IMG/VR virus record: IMGVR_UViG_3300044691_000256
Coordinates: 1-60,656 of that record
Source of the DNA: a virus
Taxonomy: Duplodnaviria; Caudoviricetes
Strand: one strand, 5' to 3'
DNA length: 60,656 nt
A program made the position numbers and the translations under genes. Under the pieces are notes generated by a model. That model did no database searches and was not told the DNA's origin. It saw nothing but the letters and a program-made list of their open reading frames with translations. Shown piece by piece: positions 1 through 10,202 of the stretch (position 1 is its first letter; each line of letters starts with the position of its first letter).

Positions 1-136
1 TTGCCCGATTGCCTTTGATATTGCGTAATCGCCTTCACAGAAGATTAGATCCCCCCACACCAGCGAGGAATAGAACTGGTCTTTGCTGGCGTGGGGGATA
101 CTGGAGGAGCGGATGGAGGTTATGTGGCCAGCCATC

Positions 137-520
137 TTACGCGCCGGTTGGTACGGCCTGAACGTTCATGATAGCCACAATCGCAGAAATAAGGTTCTGG
201 ATGTAAGATGTGTCCGCGTGAATACCGGCCTGCGCCAGCAAGGACGTGACTGCCTGTTCGGACAAGAGAAGAACTTCCGCCGTTTTCTGCTGTCCGGTTC
301 CGTTCTGAACTCCCGACGCGGCGTACTTCTGCTCTACCAACAGAATTGCACTCTGGAGCAGGGTGGTTGCGCCCACAGCGGCGGTAGCTTCGGGGGCGAG
401 AGTGGGAAACAGCAGAGCTACCAATTTCTCAACAGGGATCGCATACTTGACTGCGAATCCCAGTCCCTTGAGAAAGTCCTTGCCTACTGCTTCGAGAAAA
501 CCGATAAACTTATTTGCCAT
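137..520 (-). CDS. Hypothetical protein, possibly holin-like
   Basis: 127 aa amphipathic ORF with RBS; G.QK motif loosely like LL-H-type holins. Confidence 0.4.
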   Translation of the reverse strand: MANKFIGFLEAVGKDFLKGLGFAVKYAIPVEKLVALLFPTLAPEATAAVGATTLLQSAILLVEQKYAASGVQNGTGQQKTAEVLLLSEQAVTSLLAQAGIHADTSYIQNLISAIVAIMNVQAVPTGA

Positions 521-950
521 TTGTTGCTCCTTGGAGTTTCAGGTTGAATTTCGTTATGTATCGCGCGGCGGCTTCCATGAGGGTGGGGTTATCCCGCCAC
601 TTGGCCAAACCTGAGTTACAGGCCCAGCAAAGAAGGCCGCGATTCGCGTTACGGGTAAGTAACCTCTTGACTGCTTTCTTTGCTTCTGATCTTGTGTGGC
701 CGGTTGCTTCGAAGTGCGGAGGGTCGAGTAAGCTGGTACTGGCAGTCCATTTTCCGGACGGGAGTTTCGACGCTGTTATCCTCTTGCGAACGAATTTGTG
801 ATCGTGATCCACGTGCAAACGCTTGCCTGTAGGCTCTTTGTAGCAGATGGCACAACAACCGTCTTGATCTTGAAGCATCACTTCGTATTCAACCAACGTG
901 ATGTTGTAGACCCGAACCAGCCGGGCGTTTACCTCCTTGTCCGTTGCCAT
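510..950 (-). CDS. Recombination endonuclease VII family protein
   Basis: Q.G.CAIC, LHVDHDH and RGLLC..CN..L motifs. Confidence 0.9.
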   Translation of the reverse strand: MATDKEVNARLVRVYNITLVEYEVMLQDQDGCCAICYKEPTGKRLHVDHDHKFVRKRITASKLPSGKWTASTSLLDPPHFEATGHTRSEAKKAVKRLLTRNANRGLLCWACNSGLAKWRDNPTLMEAAARYITKFNLKLQGATNGK

Positions 951-1014
951 TATTTACCTTTGTGGATGTAACGAGTTGCCCAGATCCAAAGCAGAATGAG
1001 ACTGATGAAGATTG

Positions 1015-1185
1015 CTAATGCCAAGGGCCACCCCTGCCCCAAACGAATTTGCTGGGTATTTCTATCTGCCTTTCAGTGTCGCCATCAAGACAGTCTGGGC
1101 ATATTGGCGGAGGACTGTCCATTTTATGGACAAGGCGGTCAAACACTCTCAGGCAGTTTTCACACTTGTATGTGTAAATGGGCAT
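1015..1185 (-). CDS. FmdB-family zinc ribbon protein (not in ORF track)
   Basis: Translated by hand: MPIYTYKCENC...CPDC...GRGGPWH*, 56 aa. Confidence 0.8.
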   Translation of the reverse strand: MPIYTYKCENCLRVFDRLVHKMDSPPPICPDCLDGDTERQIEIPSKFVWGRGGPWH

Positions 1186-1191
1186 CGCGAC

Positions 1192-1464
1192 CTACTTCTT
1201 GACTGGGGTTTCGGGTTTGGCCGGGGTAGCCGCTTTCTGATTGGCCGCCTGGACCTCTTTGTTGAACTCTGCGATCTCCTGCTGGGTCTTCAGAAAGTCC
1301 TGAAATTCGGTCAAATCGCGGAGCTTGTTGTAGCTGACGTTGTACTTGTTCTGGAGCGCTTCGTAGTGTTTCTGGAACTCTGTCTGCTGGGCCGGGGTGA
1401 GTTGGGCGTAGACGGGAAACGAGAGGATAGAGAGCGTGAGGACTGCGGCGAGTTTTAGCTTCAT
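1192..1464 (-). CDS. Secreted hypothetical protein
   Basis: Sec-type signal peptide (MKLKLAAVL...VYA|Q), helical body. Confidence 0.6.
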   Translation of the reverse strand: MKLKLAAVLTLSILSFPVYAQLTPAQQTEFQKHYEALQNKYNVSYNKLRDLTEFQDFLKTQQEIAEFNKEVQAANQKAATPAKPETPVKK

Positions 1465-1964
1465 TTAGTTTCTCCTAGAAAGTATTTGGCTAGTTCTGGG
1501 TTGTCGTGAATCAAAGTGGTTGTTACGGAAGCAATCTTATCGAATGCCGGATGTGTACCGTATTCTTTGGAGTTGTAGTAGTCGTTGTGAGCCTCATTCG
1601 TTTCGTCGCAGGTGTGTGCGTGGAGCAGTTCGTGGAACACGGTTTCCTGTTGGATGGAATAGTCGAGACCTGATGAAATCCAGATTTGGTGGAGTTCGCA
1701 CGAGGTAATCGCCAACGCATCCATAAATTTCAACTCGACATCATTTTGACCGATCATTATGTTCCATCGCTCCCCGTGGACAATGACTTGTAGTGTTGTT
1801 TTGTTGGGAAGAATCTGCGGATATGGGGTGTGCGGATTCGGCCACGCCGCCAGCACGAGGACACCCGCGACCAAAGAGGTACCAAGACATCCCATCAAGA
1901 ACCCACCCATTCCGTTGATCTTCATACCTTCCTCCGATAAAAAGTAACCTGGCCCACCTGACAC
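1461..1964 (-). CDS. Membrane-anchored HExxH metallopeptidase-like protein
   Basis: N-terminal hydrophobic segment; ETVFHELLHA; start uncertain. Confidence 0.6.
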   Translation of the reverse strand: MSGGPGYFLSEEGMKINGMGGFLMGCLGTSLVAGVLVLAAWPNPHTPYPQILPNKTTLQVIVHGERWNIMIGQNDVELKFMDALAITSCELHQIWISSGLDYSIQQETVFHELLHAHTCDETNEAHNDYYNSKEYGTHPAFDKIASVTTTLIHDNPELAKYFLGETK

Positions 1965-2275
1965 GTTCGTTCACCTTCGAATACCTTGTCCGAGTCCGTC
2001 CAGTCTGTAGCCCCGCCGGTTCTATCTGGTGTCGTGTCTGAGTAGATACCGTCAAGCACGGACAATAAGGACTGGAACTGTGGCTCGCGGGCGTCTGGCC
2101 ACCCCTTGGATTCGTCCAGAAAATGGACAGACTCTTCGTACATCGACTTACCAGAGATAGCCGATAGATTCCGCAGCGCCATCGCCCCGAAGCTCATCCC
2201 TCGGTACTGTTCATTTTTGAGCGACCGCCAGCAAGCCAGAGCGACGACAGCTTTCTCGAAGTCAAGACCTGTCAT
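1922..2275 (-). CDS. SleB/Hydrolase_2-like cell wall hydrolase, possibly degenerate
   Basis: LAL.CWR, D.TGGAT.W and QVG.VTFY pattern. Confidence 0.55.
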   Translation of the reverse strand: MTGLDFEKAVVALACWRSLKNEQYRGMSFGAMALRNLSAISGKSMYEESVHFLDESKGWPDAREPQFQSLLSVLDGIYSDTTPDRTGGATDWTDSDKVFEGERTCQVGQVTFYRRKV

Positions 2276-2443
2276 CGCGACCGCCTCAATGCTCCATCAA
2301 TGTGACCCGACATAGCGGCCAGAATCACAACCGATACAACCAAACCTGTCGCGCTGTATTCCGGAGAATGACCTGACTTAGTCCAAAAATCTCCCAGAAG
2401 AAAACCAAAGATGAAGTTTAGAATGTAGAAGCACAATCTTTCA

Positions 2444-2884
2444 CTACTCATCGCCGCCTCCGTTATATCCCGTACCGTCTGAAATACTCACTACCTTGCT
2501 GGAAAGTCGTTGTTCTCGCGGCGACCGCAGCGGAGTCAGAGTCTTAGCATGGGTAACCAAGCACTTGATCCCGCAGAACGCCAGTTGTGTTCCGTCGAAT
2601 AGTTCCAGTTTGGCCGTCCGCCACAAACCGTCAGGTAGCAGATCATTGTCCGCCGCTGTTTGTTCCTGGTTCCAGCTTAGGACTTGTGGCACGGGGCAGG
2701 CCGGGTTATCACACTGGAACTGTACGTCGGTAGAGGAGATGATAGGCTCCTTCTTGTCGATGAAGGCAAAATGACCTTCTACGGTTTTGACGCGGACAAC
2801 CTGTTTGATCTCTTCGTTGACGATCTGGACATCATCGCCCTCTGTGGTTCTTACAGTCAGGGTTTGTTTGAATTGGACTGGCAT
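2444..2884 (-). CDS. Hypothetical protein (Cys motifs)
   Basis: ORF coupled to upstream gene; CD...C and FC..KC. Confidence 0.55.
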   Translation of the reverse strand: MPVQFKQTLTVRTTEGDDVQIVNEEIKQVVRVKTVEGHFAFIDKKEPIISSTDVQFQCDNPACPVPQVLSWNQEQTAADNDLLPDGLWRTAKLELFDGTQLAFCGIKCLVTHAKTLTPLRSPREQRLSSKVVSISDGTGYNGGGDE

Positions 2885-4131
2885 TAGCAGGCGACCTCTT
2901 CTAGTTCGTCCATTTTCTGGACAGGCTTGGTGATGAATAGCGGGACTGCCTTTTGGATTCGCGTATGTGACAGTTCAACGTACTCCGGGTTCAACTCAAT
3001 GCCGATGTAGTTCCGTTCGTTGCTTAGAGCGACCACGCCTGTTGTGCCGCTGCCGCTGAAAGGATCGAGTACCGTGCCACCCTTCGGGCATCCCGCCAAC
3101 ACGCAAGGTTCGATTAGCTTAGTCGGAAAGGTTGCGAAGTGGGCACCTTTGTACGGTGAAGTTGTAACCGTCCACACGCTACGTTTGTTCCGGCCTTTCG
3201 TGGGGTCGCCGTACTGTGTCCTGCCGTCGTGTAGACCCGCTGTTGACCTGTTCCCTTGTTCTACCAAATGTGCAGTCTTGTGCTTCGAGGTACCGGAGTT
3301 GTACGTCCTGTCGGGATAAGTAAAAGGCTCCCGGATCGCGTCGGCATCGTAAAAGTAAGTCTTAGACTTGGACAAGAGAAAGATGTATTCGTGGGATTTA
3401 GTGCATCGGTCGGTTACACTTTCTGGCATTGCGTTGGGTTTCTCCCAAATTATGTCCTGCCTCAAATACCATCCGGCAGATCTCAGCGCAAAAGCCAACA
3501 TCCAAGGAACTCCGACTAAGTCTTTCGGCTTGCATACGCGCACAGAGTCCATCCGAGCAGGAACACTATCAACATCCAAATCGCCATGTTGTACATTTCC
3601 GCCATCGCAAAGGGAACTCCCAAGACTGATATCAGGCATAGCCACCCGCCCGACCGGAACAGAAGCAAATCCACGCCTTTCATTCCCGTAAGACCCACCA
3701 CCACCTTTTCCGCCTCCCGCATATGTATCTCCCATGTTGACCCAAATGGTTCCATCGTTCCGTAGAACCCGCCGTACTTCGCTAAAAACCGAGACCAGAC
3801 GTGCAATAAACTCGTCAGGCGAGGCTTCCAAACCAATCTGGTTATCTACCCTAGACGCCCCGCATTTTCCGCAAAGTTTCTTGTAGCTTGCTTCCTGAAG
3901 ATGACCCTGCGAATCCTTAGAACCGACTAGCGTTGACTTCGCGACTGCTTTTTCCGCATCTACGCGACTCGGAAGAAGATGATCGCATTCCGCAGAACCG
4001 CCAACCCAAGAGGCTGTTCCGTAGTCCCGTAAACCCCAATAGGGTGGGCTAGTCACCACACAGTTCACGGATTCATCAGGCAATGTCCGCAGTTTCTCTA
4101 TTACATCGCCCTGTAAGATTTGATACTCCAC
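2884..4131 (-). CDS. N4/N6 DNA methyltransferase (beta class)
   Basis: TSPPY, LRQDIIW.K, HFATFP and VLDPFSGSGTT. Confidence 0.95.
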   Translation of the reverse strand: MEYQILQGDVIEKLRTLPDESVNCVVTSPPYWGLRDYGTASWVGGSAECDHLLPSRVDAEKAVAKSTLVGSKDSQGHLQEASYKKLCGKCGASRVDNQIGLEASPDEFIARLVSVFSEVRRVLRNDGTIWVNMGDTYAGGGKGGGGSYGNERRGFASVPVGRVAMPDISLGSSLCDGGNVQHGDLDVDSVPARMDSVRVCKPKDLVGVPWMLAFALRSAGWYLRQDIIWEKPNAMPESVTDRCTKSHEYIFLLSKSKTYFYDADAIREPFTYPDRTYNSGTSKHKTAHLVEQGNRSTAGLHDGRTQYGDPTKGRNKRSVWTVTTSPYKGAHFATFPTKLIEPCVLAGCPKGGTVLDPFSGSGTTGVVALSNERNYIGIELNPEYVELSHTRIQKAVPLFITKPVQKMDELEEVAC

Positions 4132-4134
4132 GGT

Positions 4135-4647
4135 CTACCTCTTCTCGAAATACCTTCTAAGCATGTCTACTGCTTCTGTCTTCTGTACCCGGACCCAGTG
4201 CCTTGACTTGTTGACTGACTTTGCTACTTCTCTTTCAGTCATGCCCATGAAGTAGATTCTTCGAATTACGTACTTCTTGAACTTAGGCAGCGACTCCACG
4301 GCCCCCTCCAGATCCTGCTCGGTTGGGGATATTAGCATCAGAGATTTCATCCACGAGTCGTCACCTTTTTCTTCATAGCTAAGAGCGTCTACGGACATGG
4401 AGTTCTCGATGACGTTGCTGGCCGAGTTCGGTCTTCGCATCTCTACTACCGTGTTGTAAACGACGGTGTACGCGGCTCCGGCGGCTGCATCCTCACCTTC
4501 CCGCAGCATCCTGTCCAAGTAGTCCGACGCCTCAATCAAGGCAACGAAGCAGTTCTGCTTGAAGTCCTGCTTGTCCTCGTAAGTCATCCCTTTGCAGAGT
4601 TTGTTTACCGCGAGGTCGACTTGTTTTTCATACTTAAGTACGTCCAT
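4135..4647 (-). CDS. Sigma-70-family (ECF-like) sigma factor
   Basis: Region 2-like EDKQDFKQ; region 4 LP......I..IY..GMTEREVA HTH; likely start MDVLK at 4647. Confidence 0.75.
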   Translation of the reverse strand: MDVLKYEKQVDLAVNKLCKGMTYEDKQDFKQNCFVALIEASDYLDRMLREGEDAAAGAAYTVVYNTVVEMRRPNSASNVIENSMSVDALSYEEKGDDSWMKSLMLISPTEQDLEGAVESLPKFKKYVIRRIYFMGMTEREVAKSVNKSRHWVRVQKTEAVDMLRRYFEKR

Positions 4648-4648
4648 G

Positions 4649-5038
4649 TTATTTGTCGATCCTTGCTGTTTGCCAACGTCTATTGGCGTGCTGGGCTGAA
4701 TCCCCTGTTGTGTGGCAGGGTTTGCATAGAAACGTGGAATTATCGAGGCTGTATTCTCCGTACTGTCCATTTCGCAGTTCGCCTCTGGGGTGCTTCTCGT
4801 GCATCTCGCCTGTTGTCCTGTCTACCCATCGCCCACATATTTCGCATTTGTTATTGCAGCGGACAAATATCTGTTCTCTGATTGCCTTTACCGCTTCACC
4901 CTTGGGCCAGAGAGCTATCTTCCCGCCACCCAGTTCGAAAGCTATTGCGTCTTTGTTGTTCTTGAAGATTCTGGTGGGGTTTCCCGCGTCGTCCGCCGCT
5001 ACATACGATCTGCTAACTCCCACTGCCCGCGTCCTCAT
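4649..5038 (-). CDS. HNH-like endonuclease
   Basis: CEICG...EMHEKH...N..LCKPCH. Confidence 0.7.
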   Translation of the reverse strand: MRTRAVGVSRSYVAADDAGNPTRIFKNNKDAIAFELGGGKIALWPKGEAVKAIREQIFVRCNNKCEICGRWVDRTTGEMHEKHPRGELRNGQYGEYSLDNSTFLCKPCHTTGDSAQHANRRWQTARIDK

Positions 5039-5426
5039 CTATGGGGTATGTTCCCTTGGTTTGTACCTTCCACCACTCTTTGAAGTAGGTAGCAGACTCG
5101 TGGGGTTCGCTCACGACCATCAGGCGGCTGGGCGCAAGTGGCCCCTTGAAATGTAGAATCTCAAGGTAAATATCTGCACCTTCCGCGACAGCCTTTCTCT
5201 GTGCCTCAGTGAGATGAAAGCGGGAAATCGCACTGTTCCCTTGTTCTCCGGGCAACGTGCGGAGCGGCAAGTACTCAGGTTGATCTTTGGCGTAAACCGT
5301 TTCGTACTTTTCTAGGCCGCCTACAACCGGACCGTCGTGTGAAGTCAAATAATCAAACATTAGTCGACTCCTCCTCTTGTAAAGTTGCCAGCAGTCTTGA
5401 TCGCTTCCTGATTTGTCCGCCCTCAC
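5013..5426 (-). CDS. Hypothetical phage protein
   Basis: AKDQPEYLPL motif; true start probably MFDY. Confidence 0.6.
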   Translation of the reverse strand: MRADKSGSDQDCWQLYKRRSRLMFDYLTSHDGPVVGGLEKYETVYAKDQPEYLPLRTLPGEQGNSAISRFHLTEAQRKAVAEGADIYLEILHFKGPLAPSRLMVVSEPHESATYFKEWWKVQTKGTYPIDEDAGSGS

Positions 5427-5611
5427 TTCTGTAGTACTTCTTTGGATCTAGAGGCCGTAGGGAGAGTCGGTGTCTGGGGGTGCGGGGCGTTTTGGGTTCG
5501 GTTGGCGGGTCGTCGCGGTACGGCTTAAAACTGCCCCCAAGGTCGTGCAACCACATCATCCACAAATTAAAGTTGTCTTGCTTCACTTGTTACCTCTGTC
5601 CATTTTCTGGA

Positions 5612-6280
5612 TTATTTACTGTAAGTACCCAGGAACTCTCTTGCAAATGCCAACAGTACGTCGCGGCGGATCATGTGGTCTGGAAGATTAGGGTCGATTG
5701 GAACCTCTCTCTTCGCGACTTCTGCCGCTTGTTGAATCTCGGCCCACTGGTCGGGTTCGTAGTACGCCCCCCAGTCCCGCCAAACACCTTTTATGTCTTC
5801 TGTCTGCTTGAGTGAATTATACACAATTGTTTTTAATTGCGCAACTGTGACTGTGTCGTCGAGGGCCGAGGCCAGAAGTCCCGGTTCCACGCGGCGTCCT
5901 GACTGCTGGACATAGCGTTTCAGGAGCGAGGCTTTGCTGATTCCCATCGTCTCCAAATCTGCCTGAGATATCTGCGGCAGGAGTTTCTGGGAGATCGCCG
6001 CGAACTCATATACGGCTGATCTCTGGCGGCCTATGCGGGCACAGATAGAGTCTACGAACGCCCCGGAGGACTCGTAGCCCCAGCCGATCCAGCACCGGCC
6101 CTGGATAGCCTTATCAGTCAGAAGCCCCAGCCGCACGTACGACCTAGATAGAGTTTTTTCATGTCTGCCGATTTCGTCCAGAAGTGACTCGACCTCTTCT
6201 TTGAGAACAGAGGCTTGTGACTTCTCTTCAAATCCCCAAGCCTCTATCTCTCCCTGCCCTATATCTAGTAGCTCTGTCAT
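5612..6280 (-). CDS. Hypothetical protein
   Basis: 222 aa ORF within operon. Confidence 0.65.
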   Translation of the reverse strand: MTELLDIGQGEIEAWGFEEKSQASVLKEEVESLLDEIGRHEKTLSRSYVRLGLLTDKAIQGRCWIGWGYESSGAFVDSICARIGRQRSAVYEFAAISQKLLPQISQADLETMGISKASLLKRYVQQSGRRVEPGLLASALDDTVTVAQLKTIVYNSLKQTEDIKGVWRDWGAYYEPDQWAEIQQAAEVAKREVPIDPNLPDHMIRRDVLLAFAREFLGTYSK

Positions 6281-6928
6281 CTAGGCCGCCTTGCCCAAAT
6301 CGAAATAGGACTGCGGTTCCCGCCTATTCTTGGCTTGATTCTCTTTGGCCCACAGAGGTTGAAGATTCATGTAATGGCAGCACAACAAAACGTGCTGGCG
6401 GTTGGTCAAGTCGAAATCCTTCATAGAAGTTCGGTGGTCAATATTCCATTGATCGGCGTAGCGACCGTAGTTATCCCAAGTCATGCCTGGTTTGAACAAG
6501 GATTCGAGGTACACCCTTAATTCGGGTATGGAACACCCCAAATCCGCAACAAACTCTACCGTTTTCCTATTATTCCAAAGCGCGTGGTGGAGCTGGATTC
6601 TAAGAGAAGAAGAAATATGCGCCTGGGTTCCTTTTACCGGCGGTTTACGTACCCGATTGAGCCGGATTCTTCCGTTCTTCTCTAGATACGCCCTTGCATA
6701 ATCGTTGTCGCACGGAGCACATGTGTTGCTCCTCAGCCTAAACTTAACTTCGAGGCTGGAAACACCGCATCTCGAACAAAAGCGGACCTTATCTTTGTTC
6801 TTCTCTGCTAGAGCACGTTTTTGATCTCTGCGTACTGCTTTGTGGCACGAAGCACAAAGTCTTCTGCCGGGGATATACTCATCGTCTGTGGGAACTGTGC
6901 CACAGATCTTACAAGGTTTACGGGGCAT
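6281..6928 (-). CDS. HNH-type endonuclease with N-terminal zinc fingers
   Basis: CxxC repeats; GMTWDNYG, WNIDH and NLQPLWAKEN. Confidence 0.85.
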   Translation of the reverse strand: MPRKPCKICGTVPTDDEYIPGRRLCASCHKAVRRDQKRALAEKNKDKVRFCSRCGVSSLEVKFRLRSNTCAPCDNDYARAYLEKNGRIRLNRVRKPPVKGTQAHISSSLRIQLHHALWNNRKTVEFVADLGCSIPELRVYLESLFKPGMTWDNYGRYADQWNIDHRTSMKDFDLTNRQHVLLCCHYMNLQPLWAKENQAKNRREPQSYFDLGKAA

Positions 6929-6937
6929 AAAAATAAC

Positions 6938-7972
6938 CTAACTTGCCAAAACGGCTAGCAACATTCTTTTAGTACCGGCTTCGATCCAGATGGGTTGGCG
7001 GGGTCCGTTCAAACTTATACTTACCGGCCCAGAGATATTTGCGAAGAAGCTGAGTAAGTGATCTATGTTGACCTTAATAGTTGCCGGGGTTGGTTCGAAG
7101 TTCTCATCTGGTTCAAGTTGGACATAGTCTGCTTGATCGGTCGCGGCCCCGGCTAGGTCTGTTACCGTCACAACATTGTCGAGAAAATGGACAGCGATTC
7201 CCGGCTCGCCCTGATCTGACACTAAGGGCCGGACCGTCAACAGGGCGTTCTTGAACATGTCCGCGTCCACCCGATACTTCACCCCGAAAGATTTGGGGAT
7301 GAACGATTGGTAGTTGGGATATTCCCGACTAACGCGGTTTGCGTAAATATCAACGCTATTTGCGTAGAAGTGAAGGTAGCGGTCTGTTGACTCTACTTCT
7401 ACGGTGTCGCCTTCTAGGTTTACCAAGGCTTGGACGGCGGACATGGGAATCGTTAGGTCGAGGACAAAGTATCCTGTACAAACAGTCTTGGCTAGGGCCA
7501 GCCGCGCCCCGTCGGTCCCTGCGGCCTGTAGAACCCCATCCTTCGCCGTCAGCTTGACCACACCCCCAAACTGCTCCGCTATGTTCTTCGAAACCGACAC
7601 CGATGTGTAGGCCAGTAGTGACTTGACCTCTGGTAGAGGAAGGATAGTCGCGTCCTTCGTTGCAGGGGCCACAAACGGCTTTGCTGGCTTTGTCTCCAAC
7701 TTCACTGTGGCCCGCGCCGATTTCAGGACCAACGCCGCATCGTCTAGGTGGATTGCTATCTCCCCGCTCATTCTGGCTACGACTTGGAAAAGTTTGCGTC
7801 CGTCGGTCAAAATTACGAAGGGGTTCCTTGAGACAAAATTTGCTGTCCGCGCCGAGATCGTCAATTCAGGGCTGATACTAGTGATAGTGCCCAACTTCGA
7901 ATCTAGGAGGACATCACCTTTGGCGGACACGGATTTCAGAAGTCTTTTGAGGTCGGGCGCGGAAATTATCAT
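6938..7972 (-). CDS. dnaN: DNA polymerase III beta sliding clamp homolog
   Basis: 344 aa; AGTDGARLA and EYPNYQSFIP clamp motifs. Confidence 0.85.
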   Translation of the reverse strand: MIISAPDLKRLLKSVSAKGDVLLDSKLGTITSISPELTISARTANFVSRNPFVILTDGRKLFQVVARMSGEIAIHLDDAALVLKSARATVKLETKPAKPFVAPATKDATILPLPEVKSLLAYTSVSVSKNIAEQFGGVVKLTAKDGVLQAAGTDGARLALAKTVCTGYFVLDLTIPMSAVQALVNLEGDTVEVESTDRYLHFYANSVDIYANRVSREYPNYQSFIPKSFGVKYRVDADMFKNALLTVRPLVSDQGEPGIAVHFLDNVVTVTDLAGAATDQADYVQLEPDENFEPTPATIKVNIDHLLSFFANISGPVSISLNGPRQPIWIEAGTKRMLLAVLAS

Positions 7973-8349
7973 TCGTGCACCGTCTTAGGCACAGGTTTGA
8001 ATAGTACAACCGGATGCTCGGCTCCCGCTTTGACATACATATAGCTCAGGACTTCACGTTTCGCGTCCGACCCAAAGGCGAGTTGCAGCAGAATTCGTTC
8101 CTCAACAGGTAGCTCCCGATCAAGAGTCAGAACTTTATGTCTGTTGCCGCTCTTGCTACGCCACTCCTCTGTACGGATAATCCCAAGCTGAGAACCAAAC
8201 TGCTGCTTCATCTCTTCGAACGTCTGCATACTGTCGATGTTGTCCAGATCAACCTGGAGTTGGTTTGGCTTCGCCTCGATCACTTCACACCCCTTAGAAG
8301 CAGCGGATTCCTTTATTTCTTCTAATGACCAAATGCTGAATTCACTCAT
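7969..8349 (-). CDS. Hypothetical phage protein
   Basis: D.D, SKSGNRH and LQ.AFGSD.KRE motifs. Confidence 0.6.
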   Translation of the reverse strand: MSEFSIWSLEEIKESAASKGCEVIEAKPNQLQVDLDNIDSMQTFEEMKQQFGSQLGIIRTEEWRSKSGNRHKVLTLDRELPVEERILLQLAFGSDAKREVLSYMYVKAGAEHPVVLFKPVPKTVHE

Positions 8350-10202
8350 TCTGGTTCTCCTGTATGTACGTAATCCAACGACATGAACGTTGCAAATTCT
8401 CCGACGAACATCAGCTCCGCCTGAGCAAGCCCCGCGCCTTTGTTCCGGGCCTTCAACAAAACCACTTTGGTCTTAGCTTCCAAATTGTCCCGCGCCGGAA
8501 CCCCAGAATCGTCAGATTTGACCACCTCGCGGTGCAAAGCCAGCAGCCCGTCCACATCGTCTGATGCCGTGCCAGACCCCTTCAAGTCCTGAATCTGAAC
8601 CACCTTGCCCCGCCTGGTGTTGTCCGCCTTCTTTGGTGCGCCAAGAGCAATGACAATGCATTTGTGCGTCTGAGCGATAGATTTTAGCCGCTTGTTTACT
8701 ACTGCTTGAAGAGACACTTCGTTACTTGCGCTCCGAACCATAATCGCCACATTGTCAATTACAAGAATGTCAATGTTAAGCCGCTTGATCGCAGCTTCCA
8801 TCAAGTCGAGGGCGGCCTCGGCCTCTAGCATCGGATCGTACCCGACGTAGTAGCCCACCTCGCCCATCTGCTCTGCGGCCTCTATAAAATCTTCCCGCGT
8901 GAGGTGGTTGCGGTGGCGTTTCAGTATGTGAGCCGTTGTAATAGTCGCAAACAGCGTGGGGTCCAGCTCGCACTGCCAATTAAGAACACGACGAGCGAAC
9001 GTAACCGCGTTGAATACACTCGTGTTCATCTGAAATGCAGTTTTGCCTGTGCCTGTCTGTGTTGCGAAGATACTAAGAACATCGCCAGGGACGATAATGA
9101 GCATGTCATCAACGTCTTTCCATCCGAATCTGAGCCTGTCCGGACGGTCGGCCTGTGGGCCTTTTCCTCCAGATAACATCACACCCTGAAGGGAGTAGAC
9201 ATCTTTCATCGGCTGGGCCAAAGCTTGCCCGATAAGTTTGTCCATTTTCTGGACGAAGCCGTTCTTGTCCTTTAGATACAACTCGTTGGCATCTTTTGAA
9301 TCACCCCAGTCTACGAGAAATGTGCGTTCCCCTAATTGGTTCCAGAGCTTGGTCATAGCCGCCCTGCCTGGATCATCATTATCCCCAGCCAGAACCACAC
9401 GGTTGGCGGACATCAACCTATCTTTTTCAGTCGGCCCTAGAGAGGTGCTTGCCGATGCCAAACTCACGGATCGAAACCCGGCCTGCTCAAGCGCCATTAC
9501 ATCCAGTTCACCCTCACATACCAACACGTCCGAGAATGGATCTATCGTGTCCGAGTTGTAAAGTGCGGTAGCCATCCCAGCCTGTTTGGAGAACGCCTTG
9601 CGCCCCGCCACAACTGACCTGTACTTCAGACTGACGACTTTGTTGTCCACGAGACAGGGAAAAACCAGCCACCCCCTATCCGAAATATCAAGGTTCTTGT
9701 CGTCGTCGCGCATCTTCAAGGTCTGTCGGAACCCCGTATGCAGCCTCTGAGCAGTCTCCAGAGATATCCCCCGGCCCGCCAGCCATGCCTGAGCTTCCTT
9801 ACTGTTAGCCAGATTGCGTTCGTAGACTCCGTATTCTTGGAGACTGAATACCTTGTAGCTCTTTGCGGCATCTTGCACCGCTGGCTTAAAGACCCTGTCG
9901 ACCGCTGCTGCCTGTTCTGCGTATTTGCTTGGCCCCACGCCCACTATGTTTTTCACCTTGTCCACTGCTTCACGAAACGAAATACCGTCTGCCTTCTCTA
10001 CGACCTGGATTACGTTGAATGACCCACAGCCAGCAAAGCAGTGACTGAGCATGTCTTTCTCGTACACAACGAAGGAGGAGACATTGTCCTTATGGAACGG
10101 GCATGACCCCATCCACTTATTCCCTTCCTTCCTGAGCTTTGTGTAGAGGCTGTAGACTTTCAGGACCGAGGGTGAATGCTTGAGGCTGTCTAGGTCTTCC
10201 AT
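8346..10202 (-). CDS. Bifunctional primase-helicase (CHC2 zinc finger, TOPRIM, DnaB-like)
   Basis: CPFH..HCFAGC; CEGELD and GDND TOPRIM; TGTGKT Walker A, LVID, DLKGSG; start MEDL. Confidence 0.92.
   Translation of the reverse strand: MEDLDSLKHSPSVLKVYSLYTKLRKEGNKWMGSCPFHKDNVSSFVVYEKDMLSHCFAGCGSFNVIQVVEKADGISFREAVDKVKNIVGVGPSKYAEQAAAVDRVFKPAVQDAAKSYKVFSLQEYGVYERNLANSKEAQAWLAGRGISLETAQRLHTGFRQTLKMRDDDKNLDISDRGWLVFPCLVDNKVVSLKYRSVVAGRKAFSKQAGMATALYNSDTIDPFSDVLVCEGELDVMALEQAGFRSVSLASASTSLGPTEKDRLMSANRVVLAGDNDDPGRAAMTKLWNQLGERTFLVDWGDSKDANELYLKDKNGFVQKMDKLIGQALAQPMKDVYSLQGVMLSGGKGPQADRPDRLRFGWKDVDDMLIIVPGDVLSIFATQTGTGKTAFQMNTSVFNAVTFARRVLNWQCELDPTLFATITTAHILKRHRNHLTREDFIEAAEQMGEVGYYVGYDPMLEAEAALDLMEAAIKRLNIDILVIDNVAIMVRSASNEVSLQAVVNKRLKSIAQTHKCIVIALGAPKKADNTRRGKVVQIQDLKGSGTASDDVDGLLALHREVVKSDDSGVPARDNLEAKTKVVLLKARNKGAGLAQAELMFVGEFATFMSLDYVHTGEPE

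Noticed and set aside
49-99. Long hairpin downstream of ORF 137-520
   Set aside because: Probably a terminator or processing stem; context cut by the window edge
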